NCBI GenBank assembly: GCA_002069765.1
Contig: MWBZ01000012.1
Location: forward strand, 8,436-72,435
Reading direction: 5' to 3'
Length of the DNA: 64,000 nt
DNA from: a bacterium ADurb.Bin243
GTDB lineage: Bacteria > Muiribacteriota > UBA9980
Shown: piece after piece, positions 29,089 to 39,600 of the stretch
Numbering within the stretch: position 1 is the stretch's first letter
Layout: every line of letters starts with the position of its first letter
Program-made: the position numbers and the translations under genes
The notes under the pieces: model-generated
What the model was told of the DNA's origin: nothing
The model's database searches: none
Seen by the model: only the letters and a program-made list of their open reading frames with translations

Positions 29089-30414
29089 ATGATACTCGAC
29101 CGCGAAAAAATCAAACCGGAAATTTTTAAGATATCTTCGAAGCTGGCGGAGGCCGGATATAAATCATATCTTGTAGGCGGCGCCGTACGGGACATAATTT
29201 TCGGCAACGTCCCCAACGACTACGACATATTGACCGACGCCAGATGCTCTGAAATAGCGCGCATATTTAAAAGCGTCGTCCCTTACGGAATGAAGCACGG
29301 CACGGTACTCGTGGTGATCGGCCGAGAACCCTACGACGTCACTTCTTATAACGACGGCGAACCCGCGCCGTTGAGCCTGGAAAACGACCTCGCCATAAGA
29401 GATTTCACTATAAACGCCATGGCGTGCGATTTAAACGGCCTCGAAGTCATAGACCTTTTCGGCGGGCTCGAAGATTACGCTAAAAAGCGCATTAAATGCG
29501 TAGTATCGGCCGAAGCGCGGTTCGTTAAAGACCCGCTGCGTATTCTGAGGGCCGTGCGCCAGGCGGCCAAATTCGGTTTCGCTATCGAGGAGCGGACTTT
29601 AGAGTCGGCTAAAAACCTTTCGCATCTCATAACCGCAGCCGCCCCGGAAAGGATAATGAACGAGCTGGTAAAACTTCTCGGATCGCCTCAAAACGGCAAG
29701 TATTTAAAATGCCTGCTTTCTATTAACGCATGGCACGAAATTTTTTACAAATATTATCAAAACGTAATATTTCCCGGCGGCGAAAAAAATTTTTTTACGC
29801 TAAACGGCGAATGCTATAAAATTTTCGATGAAAACTCCGCAAAAAGGTACGGCTTCAAACTCGCGCTTTTGATCATATTCAGCCTTTACCGCGCCGCCGG
29901 AGACAAAATTAGATTTTACGAATATAAAAAGCTTGTCAAAGCTTTATTCGAGCTTAAATTTTCAAAAAACGACTTCGACGAAATATCCGCGCTCGTTTTT
30001 CTGGCTTATTATCATCTGAGCGAAAAAGGGCGCGGCGAAGGCTGGCACGGCGACATAATTAAAGTAAAAGAAGCCATGATAAGCCATCGCGAGCTAACCA
30101 AACAAAAAATCGACGCGCGGGAAGTATTTTTGCTGTGCTCGCTTTTCGGACGCTCGACCGGCGATTCCGCTCTGGAAGCCGGATTTGCCGCCGCCGTTAA
30201 AACCGCCGAAAAAGCGGTAACTGAAAGGCATCCGGTTTATATAGAAGATCTGGATATAAACGGCGACGATATCAAGTCGGCCTTCGGAATGCAAGCCGGA
30301 AACAGGATCGGCGAAGCGCTAAAATACGCAAGAAGCCAGGCGGTCATCGACCCTTCGTGCAACAACAAAGAAGCGTTAAAAAATAAAATCGCGCAATTTT
30401 TAAAAAAAAGTTAA
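29089..30414 (+). CDS. CCA-adding tRNA nucleotidyltransferase / poly(A) polymerase family protein
   Basis: Head-domain motifs GGAVRD and DxD (DYDILT), then RILRAVRQAAKFGF; the ORF is open from 29050, with the start chosen at MILDRE. Confidence 0.8.
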   Translation: MILDREKIKPEIFKISSKLAEAGYKSYLVGGAVRDIIFGNVPNDYDILTDARCSEIARIFKSVVPYGMKHGTVLVVIGREPYDVTSYNDGEPAPLSLENDLAIRDFTINAMACDLNGLEVIDLFGGLEDYAKKRIKCVVSAEARFVKDPLRILRAVRQAAKFGFAIEERTLESAKNLSHLITAAAPERIMNELVKLLGSPQNGKYLKCLLSINAWHEIFYKYYQNVIFPGGEKNFFTLNGECYKIFDENSAKRYGFKLALLIIFSLYRAAGDKIRFYEYKKLVKALFELKFSKNDFDEISALVFLAYYHLSEKGRGEGWHGDIIKVKEAMISHRELTKQKIDAREVFLLCSLFGRSTGDSALEAGFAAAVKTAEKAVTERHPVYIEDLDINGDDIKSAFGMQAGNRIGEALKYARSQAVIDPSCNNKEALKNKIAQFLKKS

Positions 30415-31064
30415 ATTTTCGCTCCGGCCTCTTCTAACAGCCTTATGATTTTTTCGCAGCTCTTTTCATTGGCAAGCCTCAGCACCGTCCAGCCGGATTT
30501 ATTTTCATCGTTCACGTCGGCGCCGTGCTTGATAAGCAGCTCCGCCATTTCATAAGCTTCGCAGGCCACCGCCTGAATAAGCGCGCTTACGCCGTTATTG
30601 TCCTTCGCGTTCACGTCGGCGCCGTGCTCGATAAGAAGCGAAGCTATTTCGACGTTATTTGAAACGGCGTTAAGCGTGAGGGCGCTCATGCCGAAAATGG
30701 TCTGTTTTATATTTACGTCCATTCCCTTTTCGATTAAAAGCTTTACGACTTCTATATGCCCCATGCGCGAAGCGTAAAAAAAAGCCGTGTTTCCAAGCCC
30801 GTCAAGAGCGTTTATATTGGCGCCGTGATTTAATAAAAGCCTTACTGCCTCGAGCTGCCCGGCGGAAGCCGCTATCATAAGGGCGCTCATGCCAACCGCG
30901 TTATCCTTCGTGTCTACGTCGATGCCGTTGGCGATAAGCTGGCGGAGTATGTCGCAGTTGCCGTAAGAGGCCGCATAAATATAAGCCATTTTAGCCACGT
31001 CGCCGTCGGCGGCGGATTGCAGCAAAGAGTCGGATATTAAAGAATCATGAGTGTCGATGCCCAT
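30411..31064 (-). CDS. Ankyrin-repeat protein
   Basis: 217 aa; about 6 tandem 33-aa ANK repeats (G-TALM-AA--GH-E-V-LLI--GADVN). Confidence 0.9.
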   Translation of the reverse strand: MGIDTHDSLISDSLLQSAADGDVAKMAYIYAASYGNCDILRQLIANGIDVDTKDNAVGMSALMIAASAGQLEAVRLLLNHGANINALDGLGNTAFFYASRMGHIEVVKLLIEKGMDVNIKQTIFGMSALTLNAVSNNVEIASLLIEHGADVNAKDNNGVSALIQAVACEAYEMAELLIKHGADVNDENKSGWTVLRLANEKSCEKIIRLLEEAGAKI

Positions 31065-31077
31065 TTTCAGCCTCCAT

Positions 31078-31692
31078 TCAATTAGCCCTGTCGATGTTTT
31101 TGTTGATTATTTTTATTTTATTTACCGCCACTTTAACAGTATCGCCGGAAGCAGTCCTGAGCGAAATGAATCCTTCGGCGATTTTTCCGCTTACCTTGTC
31201 GCCGTTTTTAGATATGATTTTATCGTACGGCCGGTCGGTTTCATAAACCGAATAAGCTGCGATTATATCGCAGAATTTAAAATTTATCACGCCGTGCTCC
31301 GTATCGATGGCGATTTTTTCGTTTATTATTTCGCCCGTAAGAATATCGTTGTTCCTTAATATAATTTCATCGGCTTTCGTTTTTTTGCCGCTCCCGGCAT
31401 CTTTGCCCGCGCTCTGATTGACGCTTGACGGCGAGATTTCCATGCCGCCGCTTTCACGTGAAACGATTGTCTTGATCTTCGAGGCCTCTTCGGCCGTGAT
31501 TAAGGGCTTATGCTGAATAAAAAGCTTTTTGAGGCGCTCCATCGAAAATAATTCTTCGAAACTGGCGCCCTTTGAATATTTCATGACTGCGGCAAGCCCG
31601 CCAAGGGCCGCCGCCATAAACATGAACATAAAAAGCATGACGGTAAGCCTGGATATGCCATAATCGAATCTTTTAATTCTTTTAATTTGCAT
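31078..31692 (-). CDS. Hypothetical membrane-anchored protein
   Basis: 204 aa; N-terminal TM then soluble domain; no motifs recognised. Confidence 0.35.
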   Translation of the reverse strand: MQIKRIKRFDYGISRLTVMLFMFMFMAAALGGLAAVMKYSKGASFEELFSMERLKKLFIQHKPLITAEEASKIKTIVSRESGGMEISPSSVNQSAGKDAGSGKKTKADEIILRNNDILTGEIINEKIAIDTEHGVINFKFCDIIAAYSVYETDRPYDKIISKNGDKVSGKIAEGFISLRTASGDTVKVAVNKIKIINKNIDRAN

Positions 31693-31737
31693 AATTTTTT
31701 CCCGATTTTATAAGCCGCTTTAAAACGCGGCGGGTTT

Positions 31738-32757
31738 TCATTTTTCTCCGAGCCTGCCGGCTATCTTTTCGAGCTCAGCTTCTGCCTCTTCCACAAGCGT
31801 TTCGATTATTTTCTTCATGGGCAGTATGTCGTTAATGAGCCCTACGCTCTGGCCCGCCATGAGCGAGCCGTACTCGATATCGCCTTCTACCACGGCGCGT
31901 CTTAGCGAACCCGTCCAGAAATTTTCCACTTCGAACTGTGCCTCTTCGCGCCCGATCGCGCCTTCTTCGAGCTTTTTAAGCAGCTCCAGCTGGAGTTTTC
32001 CGAACTCTTCGCTGCCTTTATTTTTAATGGCCCTCACGGCCACCACCGGAAGTTTTGAATCGTATTGCGGCGTGGACGACGCCTGCCTCGCGCGGGCTTT
32101 CAAAAAAGCGTTCTTGAAGTTTTCGTGCGCGGTGCATTCACGGCTCATGACAAAGCGCGTCCCGAGCTGGCAGCCGGCGGCGCCCATAAGCATAAGATGG
32201 GCCATGATGCCGCCTTTGGCAATACCGCCTCCCACGAATATGGGAACGGTGTCGCCGAATCCGAAAAGCACCTGTTGAATGAGGATGGTGAGCGATACAT
32301 GGCCTATATGGCCGCCCGCTTCGCTGCCTTCGAGTATCAGCGCGTCGATGCCGTATTTTATCTGCTGCTCGGCGATGGATTCCTCGGCCGCGAAAGACAT
32401 GGTCTTTTTGCCGGACTCCTTCATGCGCAGTATTTCGGATTTTTTAGGTATGCCGCCCGCGAAAACGACGAACGGCGCTTTTTTTGAAAGCAAAACCTCG
32501 TACTGCGACTTATAATTAGGCGCTATGGTGACCAGGTTTACCGCGAAAGGCGTTTTGATGTTTTCGATGCAGCGGTCTATTTCACGCTCGAACACTTCGG
32601 CCGGAGCGTTTCCGCCCGCGAAAACCGGAAAAGCTCCGTTTTCGCTGACCGCGCTGACCAGTTCAAAATTGCTTATCCATGTCATGCCGCCCGAAATTAT
32701 GGGATATTTCACTCCGAGAAAGCCGGCCCCTCTGGCGGCGAGTTTTTCAAATCGCAT
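31738..32757 (-). CDS. Nitronate monooxygenase family protein / enoyl-ACP reductase FabK-like (FMN TIM barrel)
   Basis: 339 aa; NPD/FabK family glycine-rich FMN-binding stretches (VFAGGIP..., GSEAGGHIGH, GGGIAKG). Confidence 0.75.
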   Translation of the reverse strand: MRFEKLAARGAGFLGVKYPIISGGMTWISNFELVSAVSENGAFPVFAGGNAPAEVFEREIDRCIENIKTPFAVNLVTIAPNYKSQYEVLLSKKAPFVVFAGGIPKKSEILRMKESGKKTMSFAAEESIAEQQIKYGIDALILEGSEAGGHIGHVSLTILIQQVLFGFGDTVPIFVGGGIAKGGIMAHLMLMGAAGCQLGTRFVMSRECTAHENFKNAFLKARARQASSTPQYDSKLPVVAVRAIKNKGSEEFGKLQLELLKKLEEGAIGREEAQFEVENFWTGSLRRAVVEGDIEYGSLMAGQSVGLINDILPMKKIIETLVEEAEAELEKIAGRLGEK

Positions 32758-32769
32758 TCAACGCACTCC

Positions 32770-33570
32770 TTACAGATAACATTTCATTTCTTTTCCGATT
32801 ACCCCCGCGTACAGCTCGATATAAGGCTTGATAGAACTGGAGTTGATCTTGCGGAAAAGCACTTCTTCTATCTGGAAAAACCCTACGGATTCATTCATTT
32901 CGACTGTAATCCTTATAGGCCTGTTTTCGCCTTTGCCGATTTTAACCGATTCGACCGCCGAAGAAGAGTATTTGTGTATATCTCCGACCTTCGCGTCGGG
33001 ATGGAGCATCATCGGTATCCTCGCGCGGCCTTTTTCCATGTCGCAGCCGTCGGCGATGAGTATGGACCCCGCCTCGAGCGAGTATATTTTCTGCGTAGCC
33101 ATATGGCCTACGATGCATTCGGTTATCATCGATTTGGCCACTACTTTTTTATAGTGGTCGTTTTCGTATATGACGCCTAAAATTCGGTCCAGCAGAGAAG
33201 ATGCAAGCAGCGCCCCCATCTGTTCGTGGTTTTCGCGTCCGACGCTCATGCCGATATCGTGTATGAACCCGGCGATCAGTACGACGATCATGCTGTCTTC
33301 GAAGCCGCAGCCGGCTTCTTTTTCAAGGTTGAGCTCGATGCCCGATTCCTTTAAAAGTTTGATCATTTTCAAGGCGTTTATGGCCACCTTGCGCATATGC
33401 ACCGGCCCATGGTCGTTATGGTCGAGCCTTTTAATGGAGACTATATTGGCGTAATCCTGCAGATGCTGTATTTCGTCGTCGGCGAGTATTATCTCGGCGG
33501 CCTTTAAAACCTTTCCGGATACCATGCTTAATATTTTAGCGTCCAGCGACACTTCTTTAGGCGATTTCAT
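32770..33570 (-). CDS. HD-domain metal-dependent phosphohydrolase
   Basis: H...HD motif (FIHDIGMSV) with downstream His/Asp ligands. Confidence 0.6.
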   Translation of the reverse strand: MKSPKEVSLDAKILSMVSGKVLKAAEIILADDEIQHLQDYANIVSIKRLDHNDHGPVHMRKVAINALKMIKLLKESGIELNLEKEAGCGFEDSMIVVLIAGFIHDIGMSVGRENHEQMGALLASSLLDRILGVIYENDHYKKVVAKSMITECIVGHMATQKIYSLEAGSILIADGCDMEKGRARIPMMLHPDAKVGDIHKYSSSAVESVKIGKGENRPIRITVEMNESVGFFQIEEVLFRKINSSSIKPYIELYAGVIGKEMKCYL

Positions 33571-33656
33571 CGTTTTACCATTCCCTTCTTCTAATCGGAG
33601 ATAAAATATTATACCAGATTTTTATTATTAAGTAAAAGAGTTAACGAACTTTAATT

Positions 33657-34886
33657 TTAACGTATGGCGCTTGTGAGGTCGAATATAGGAAGAAACATAG
33701 CAATCGAAATAAAACCTATAAAAAGCCCCATAGTTATTATGAGGGCCGGTTCTATAAGCGAGATCACTCCGTCGATGGCTATTTCGACTTCGTACTCGAA
33801 AAAATCGGAAGCCTTTATTAAAAGCCTGGGCAGAGTGCCGGTTTTTTCGCCGGTTTGAATCATCTTGGTCACTATGGCCGGAAATTCAGGCTTGCCCTTC
33901 AGGATATCGTACAGCGTCAAACCTTGCGATACGCCGCCTTTGAGAGAAACCACTATCTTTTTAAGCACGGTGTTTTCGACTATGTTTTCGCAGACTTCGA
34001 GGCTTTTTAGTATCGGAACTCCGCTCGTCAGCAGCGTGGCGAGGGTCCTTATGAACCTGGCGATAGTGGCTTTCATAATCATGTCGCCAAAAACCGGCGT
34101 TTTTAAAGTAAATGCGTCGAAAATGCCCCGCGCCCTTTCGTTATTGTTTATAAGCCATCTGAAAAGAAAAACGAATGCTATAAATCCGGCTATTATGAAC
34201 AAATAATAGTTTTGCATAAATTCGCTGGTTTTCATAAGTATGACCGTCGGGGCGGGCAGCGCGGTCTTGGCTTTGGCGAACACTTTCGTAAATTTAGGAA
34301 AAACGTAGGCCACAAGGAAAAAAATTACGCTCGCCGCTATCAAGCTCAAAGTAACCGGATATATCAAGGCGGACTTGACCTTGGACCTTATTTTAGTGTC
34401 GCGTTCGGAAAATTTGGCGATGCGCTCGAGCACTTCGTCGAGGCCCGCGCCGGTTTCTCCGGCCTTGATCATATTGGCGGCGACTTCGTCGAAAATCTGC
34501 GGATGTCGGGATACGGCATCGTAAAACGTCTGGCCCGTGGCGATTCTCGTTTTCACGTCGTTTATAACGGATTTGAAATAAGGGTTCTGGGTCTGGTCTA
34601 TAAGCGACTCCAGGCTTTCTATAAGAGTTACGCCCGCGGAAATAAGGGTGGAAAGCTGTATGTAAAAATAGGTGACTTCCTTCTGCGTGACCCGGTTGAA
34701 AAAAAGGCCCGCCAGAGACGACGAAGCCCTCGCCTTTTTCTGCACTTCTTTTATTTCGATAACGTAGTAACCTTTTTCTATGAGGGAATCCGCCAGCGCG
34801 CCGGAGCTGGCCGCTTCGGCGTAAGCCGACTGCACCTTGTCGCCGCGGTCGGAAAACTTATATTCAAATAAAGGCATATGCTTCAC
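33657..34886 (-). CDS. Type II secretion system F-family protein (second GspF/PilC paralog)
   Basis: 409 aa; duplicated T2SSF domain architecture with three TM segments; no cognate ATPase adjacent. Confidence 0.75.
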   Translation of the reverse strand: MKHMPLFEYKFSDRGDKVQSAYAEAASSGALADSLIEKGYYVIEIKEVQKKARASSSLAGLFFNRVTQKEVTYFYIQLSTLISAGVTLIESLESLIDQTQNPYFKSVINDVKTRIATGQTFYDAVSRHPQIFDEVAANMIKAGETGAGLDEVLERIAKFSERDTKIRSKVKSALIYPVTLSLIAASVIFFLVAYVFPKFTKVFAKAKTALPAPTVILMKTSEFMQNYYLFIIAGFIAFVFLFRWLINNNERARGIFDAFTLKTPVFGDMIMKATIARFIRTLATLLTSGVPILKSLEVCENIVENTVLKKIVVSLKGGVSQGLTLYDILKGKPEFPAIVTKMIQTGEKTGTLPRLLIKASDFFEYEVEIAIDGVISLIEPALIITMGLFIGFISIAMFLPIFDLTSAIR

Positions 34887-34925
34887 CCGTCCTGCAAAAT
34901 AAAATAACCCGAACGCCGGCCGGCG

Positions 34926-36587
34926 CTAAATTTTAATTATAAACGCTTTTATGGCCTGCTCCTTGCCTTTAACGAAAAAAGACGGAAGCAGCTCGCACTT
35001 GAATCTGTCCTTTACGGCGTTATAAACGCTTTCGTTAATTACGATTTCGTTATATCCGGCTTTCGCCTGAAGCCTGGCGGCCAGATTTACCGTGTCGCCG
35101 ATAGCGGTGTATTCCATACGGTCGAGCGATCCTACGTTGCCCACGATGGCTTCGCCCGTGTTGATTCCTATGCTGAAGCTAACTTCTACGCCGTATTCGC
35201 TTTTATATTCTTCCGTCATCCGCTTTACCGTTTCGATAATTTCTACGGCCGTCATGACCGCGCGAACCGCGTCGTCGTCGTGCCTTACGGGAGCGCCGAA
35301 AAAAGCCATCACGGCGTCGCCTATGAATTTATCCAGAGTGCCGTCGTGGCGGAAAATAATCTGCGTTATCTCGGAAAAAGTTTTATTGAGCATGGAAAAG
35401 ACGTCTTCGACCTTGAGCTGCTCGGACATTTTCGTGAAGTTTTTGATGTCCGCGAACAAAACGCTTATGTCGCGTTTTTCGCCGTCCAGCTTGAGTTCTC
35501 CGCTGGTCTGGGTGAGCTGGTCTATAAGGTTCGGAGATATATAGCGCTCCATATTGTTTCTGATATTGCGTTCGCGCTTTATCGCCATGATCAGCTTGGT
35601 GTTTTCTATAGCTACCGATACCGCGCTGGCGAAGTTTTTCAGAAATTCCGCGTCGGCCTCGTCGAAAGGCTGGGAGGCGTCTTTTTCAAGGTAAAACGCA
35701 CCCTGAAGGCCCTGCTGAGAAACCAGCGGAATGCACAGGATCGATTTTGCGGAAAGCGCCATAACGCTTTCGGCCGAAGCGAACCTTTCGTCCATGAGGC
35801 TGTTTTTGACCAGCACCGGCCCCGGGTTGTCTTTCATATACGCCAGTATCGATTTTGAAACGAAATTTTCGTCGAGCTTCAGATCGTTGAGGCTCATTTT
35901 TCTTGCCACATAAGGCACGAAACGGCCGGCTTTTTTTTCGTAAAGCAGCACGAGGCCCCTGTCGACTTTTTTGATTTCGTGAACCAGGTCGAGCGCTATA
36001 TTCAGAAGCTGTTTCAGGTTCAAAATTTCGGATATCGATTTGGTGAGCTCGAATAAGATCCTCATTTCGGAATTAACGCGGGAGCTGTCTTTAGCGAACG
36101 AATTCACCATATCGCCGAGCCGGGCCTGAAACGCCGGAAATTCTCTGGAAAAGTTCGCAGGGGTGAGCTGAGAGTTGAATTCTTTCAAAAGCGCGTCCAC
36201 CTTCTGCTCAAAATCGTTGACCACCGCGCTTTGCAGCGAAGCTTTTTCGCCGGCGTATCCCGCGATGTCGCTTTTGCTCATTATGATCGACTGCAGAAGC
36301 TCTTCGTCGTTGAATTCTATGAGCACGTCGCCGATTCTGGACACGTCGTAATTGGATATAGGAGATTCCTTTATCTTTTTTCCGTTGAGAAAGGTTCCGT
36401 TGGTGGATTGATTATCGATCAGATGCCACACACGGTCCCGGCAAGCCAATTTCGCGTGGATCCTGGAAGCTATGGTGGACTTTATCATTATCGAGCATTC
36501 GGGGCTTCTGCCGATAGTGTACTCTTTATTTTCGTCGAGTTCGACCGTGCTGAACTCCCTGTTGCTGTTCACTATAGTAATATTCAA
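34926..36587 (-). CDS. FHA-GAF-class III adenylate/guanylate cyclase
   Basis: N-terminal FHA domain (YTIGRSPECSIMI...SRIHAKL...STNGTFLNG), central GAF domain, C-terminal cyclase catalytic domain (VLFADIKNFT...FIGDAVMAFFGAP). Confidence 0.85.
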   Translation of the reverse strand: MNITIVNSNREFSTVELDENKEYTIGRSPECSIMIKSTIASRIHAKLACRDRVWHLIDNQSTNGTFLNGKKIKESPISNYDVSRIGDVLIEFNDEELLQSIIMSKSDIAGYAGEKASLQSAVVNDFEQKVDALLKEFNSQLTPANFSREFPAFQARLGDMVNSFAKDSSRVNSEMRILFELTKSISEILNLKQLLNIALDLVHEIKKVDRGLVLLYEKKAGRFVPYVARKMSLNDLKLDENFVSKSILAYMKDNPGPVLVKNSLMDERFASAESVMALSAKSILCIPLVSQQGLQGAFYLEKDASQPFDEADAEFLKNFASAVSVAIENTKLIMAIKRERNIRNNMERYISPNLIDQLTQTSGELKLDGEKRDISVLFADIKNFTKMSEQLKVEDVFSMLNKTFSEITQIIFRHDGTLDKFIGDAVMAFFGAPVRHDDDAVRAVMTAVEIIETVKRMTEEYKSEYGVEVSFSIGINTGEAIVGNVGSLDRMEYTAIGDTVNLAARLQAKAGYNEIVINESVYNAVKDRFKCELLPSFFVKGKEQAIKAFIIKI

Positions 36588-36600
36588 TCAAATCACCCGT

Positions 36601-39600
36601 TTATTTTATATTTTCCCATCTGCGTTCGTCGGTCAGATCAAGTATTATGGCTGGAGTTTTAAGCCCCTTCGCCTTGCTGTTTTCGATAAGCCCGCTCTGC
36701 ACTTCTATAGAATATTTGCCCGACGGCATCGACAAAAAGCGGGGATCGAATTTCAAAACGCCTAGATTAAGGCGGGTTTCCTGAATCGGAAAGCTCTGTT
36801 CTGAAATATTTGCGCCAGTATTGAAATAGCCTATTACGTTATAAGTAGGCGTTCCTGTGGTGGATTTAGCTTTGTCCCAGTAAAGCGTCTGGTTCTGCTC
36901 ATCGAAAATGAGATTTTCGGAAGGCGAAACTTTTTTGAATAACGCGTCGTTTCTCTGAAGATAAAACTGGACCGGTTCGGAAAACTGTCCTTCTACCGGA
37001 GGGACTTTGCCTGCAAGTATGGGCTTTACCCTTACCGTATGAGGGCCGAGCGAGACGTTTTCGGAAATTCCGTAACTCGCGCTGGCGGTGTAAGTCAAAT
37101 TATTATTATGGGTCATTATCACGCCGTCGAGTTCCACCACGTAAGAAGCGATAGGAAGCTTATCCACTAAAACAGGCTGCCATCTTAAAATGCTGTTGTA
37201 ACTATCGAGCTGTATCTGGGTTATCCTGGGCAGCTCCCCCGATTCCTGGTTTACCTGAGTGTTGAAAACGCACACTTCCGAATAAGGCCCGTTTATTTCA
37301 GGGCTGGTATCGGCTATAACGGCCCTGACCGATATTTCGTGAGTGCCGGGGCTCAGGGCGTCCACCGAATATTCCGATCGCACGCTGAGATTCGGCGCCT
37401 CACGCCCGTCCACCTTAACGCGGTAAAAGCAAATCTGCTCGTTAATGACGACCGGAAGCCACCTTATGAGCTTGCGCGAATGAACGTAAGCCAGCCCCAT
37501 TACCTGAGGCACGCTCGTGTCTATGAAAAGGTCGAAAGGGTCTGAAAACGGCCCGTTCAATTCGGGATTATAGGTCTGCAGAACCGCCTGCACCAGCACT
37601 TCATGAGTGCCGCTTCTCAGGGCGGCGGCGTTATATTCGTTTTTGGTGTAAACCATTCCGCTGAGGTATCCGTCAACTTTCACCCTGTAAACGCACGGCT
37701 GCTCGTTAGCGTAAACGGTCTGCCACGTGAGGATCTTTGAAGCGGGATTATAAGCGATGCCGCCGACTTTGCCGATCTCCGGAAGGTCTCCGACAGGAAG
37801 CTTTATCGCCGCAGATTTCATACTGTAGTTGAATCCGTCGAAAGAGCAGACTTCGAGAACGCAGTTAAAAGAATCCATCGGCAGCCTGTTTTTGACCATC
37901 TCGAGAGAGACCGAGTCGGTGGAGACCACTTCTATCAGTTTTGAATAAACGTTGCCGGAAGGCCTGTCGTAAGAGGCTAAAATATGGAAGATAAAATTAG
38001 ACACCGGCTCGTTTAAAGACCATTTAAGTTCTTTGGCGGTCGGCTCATAGCCGAAGTTTTCAGGATAAGGAATCGATTCGTACGGCCTGGTCCCGTCTTC
38101 AACAAAAAACGAATATTCGACGCTCCACGGGCCTTCGTCGGTAACGGTTATCTGGATATCGGATTCGTCGAGCGTGACAGCCTGCACTCTAAGTTTGTGC
38201 GGCCCTTTGACAAGCCCGGGCGGAACTCCGTAGCACGCCAGGCGCGTAATAAAAAGATTGCTTATATCGTCGTCGAACATCACGCGGTAGCCGTAAACGG
38301 TTTCCGCGTCCGCCAGGGGCTGCCAGTTAAAATAACCCGACCGCGAGTCGATGCCCGTAACCTGGGGCAGGTCGGAAGAAGCTTTTATCGTGAATTTATA
38401 GATATCTGAAAGGGGACCGAAATCAAGCGGGTGCAGGCTTCCTGCGATTTTAGCCTGAACCTGGACGGTGCGCGAGCCGCTCATGAACATGGCGACCGAA
38501 AATTCGGGCCTGGAAAGATATTGCGGCATAAGATTGCCGTCGATTCTGACCGCGTATTCGACCTGTTTGCCTTCCACTGCGACCGGAGACCATTTAATGA
38601 TTTTATTGACCGAATAGTAAAAAAGCCCCGTTACTTTCGCTATATTAGCGGGGTTATGTATATTGAGAGTGTATTCGGCTGTGCTCACCTCGGAATTGGC
38701 GTAACCGGTTTTAATGGCTATGGCTTTTACGGTAGTGGTGGCCGAAATTTCTATAGTGCCCGAGTACTTGAGGCTGTCCGCTGAAGGCGCGCTATGATCG
38801 AGGGTATAATATATTTCGGCGCCGGGAGTTTTAGAGGATAAAAGGACCTCGAGCGTGTTTTCGTAAATGCCGGATTCGTAATTAAACTCGGGTGCGGAAG
38901 CGGCCGTGGAAGTTTTTATTATCTCATACGCGGCGGAAACCGGCGCGGAGGAAAGCATTCCGGCTTTAACCGCATAAGCTTTTATAGTGAGCGTTTTAGC
39001 TACGACGACCGGCTTGGAATATAAAATAGAATTCAAGTTCGGCTCGCTGCCGTCGAGCGTGTAATAGATGGACGCTCCTGCCGTGGCCGTAGTTATATCG
39101 ACTTCACGGGTAGAATTGTAAACTCCGGGCGCCACGCTGAAAACCGGCGCGGACGCTTTAAGCGGAACGTCTACGGCTTCGTAAGCGCCGCCGGTCACGG
39201 ACGAATTTAAATAACCCTGCTTTACGGCTACGGCCTTTAAAGTCAGCGACGAATTCAATATAACCGGGGAGCTGTCGGAATATAACCGTGAAACTCCCGG
39301 AACCGGATCGCTCGAATCAGTGGTGTAATAAATTAGAGCCTGCCCGGTAGAAGTGGAAATTTTAACCTCGTAACCGGTTTGATAAGTTCCGGGCGGAGGA
39401 TCGAAAACTGGAGCCGAGACGCGTTTGGGCGGCTCGATAATATTCAAAGTATAATTTTGCGAAACCACGTCGGATTCTATCATTTCGCTTTTAACGGCTA
39501 TAGCGGAGATTTTCTGGGTTTTATCAATAAGTATCGGCGCCTGATATAGCGTGCTGGACGAATTAGGGACCTTCCCGTCGGCTGTGTAATAAATTTTAGC

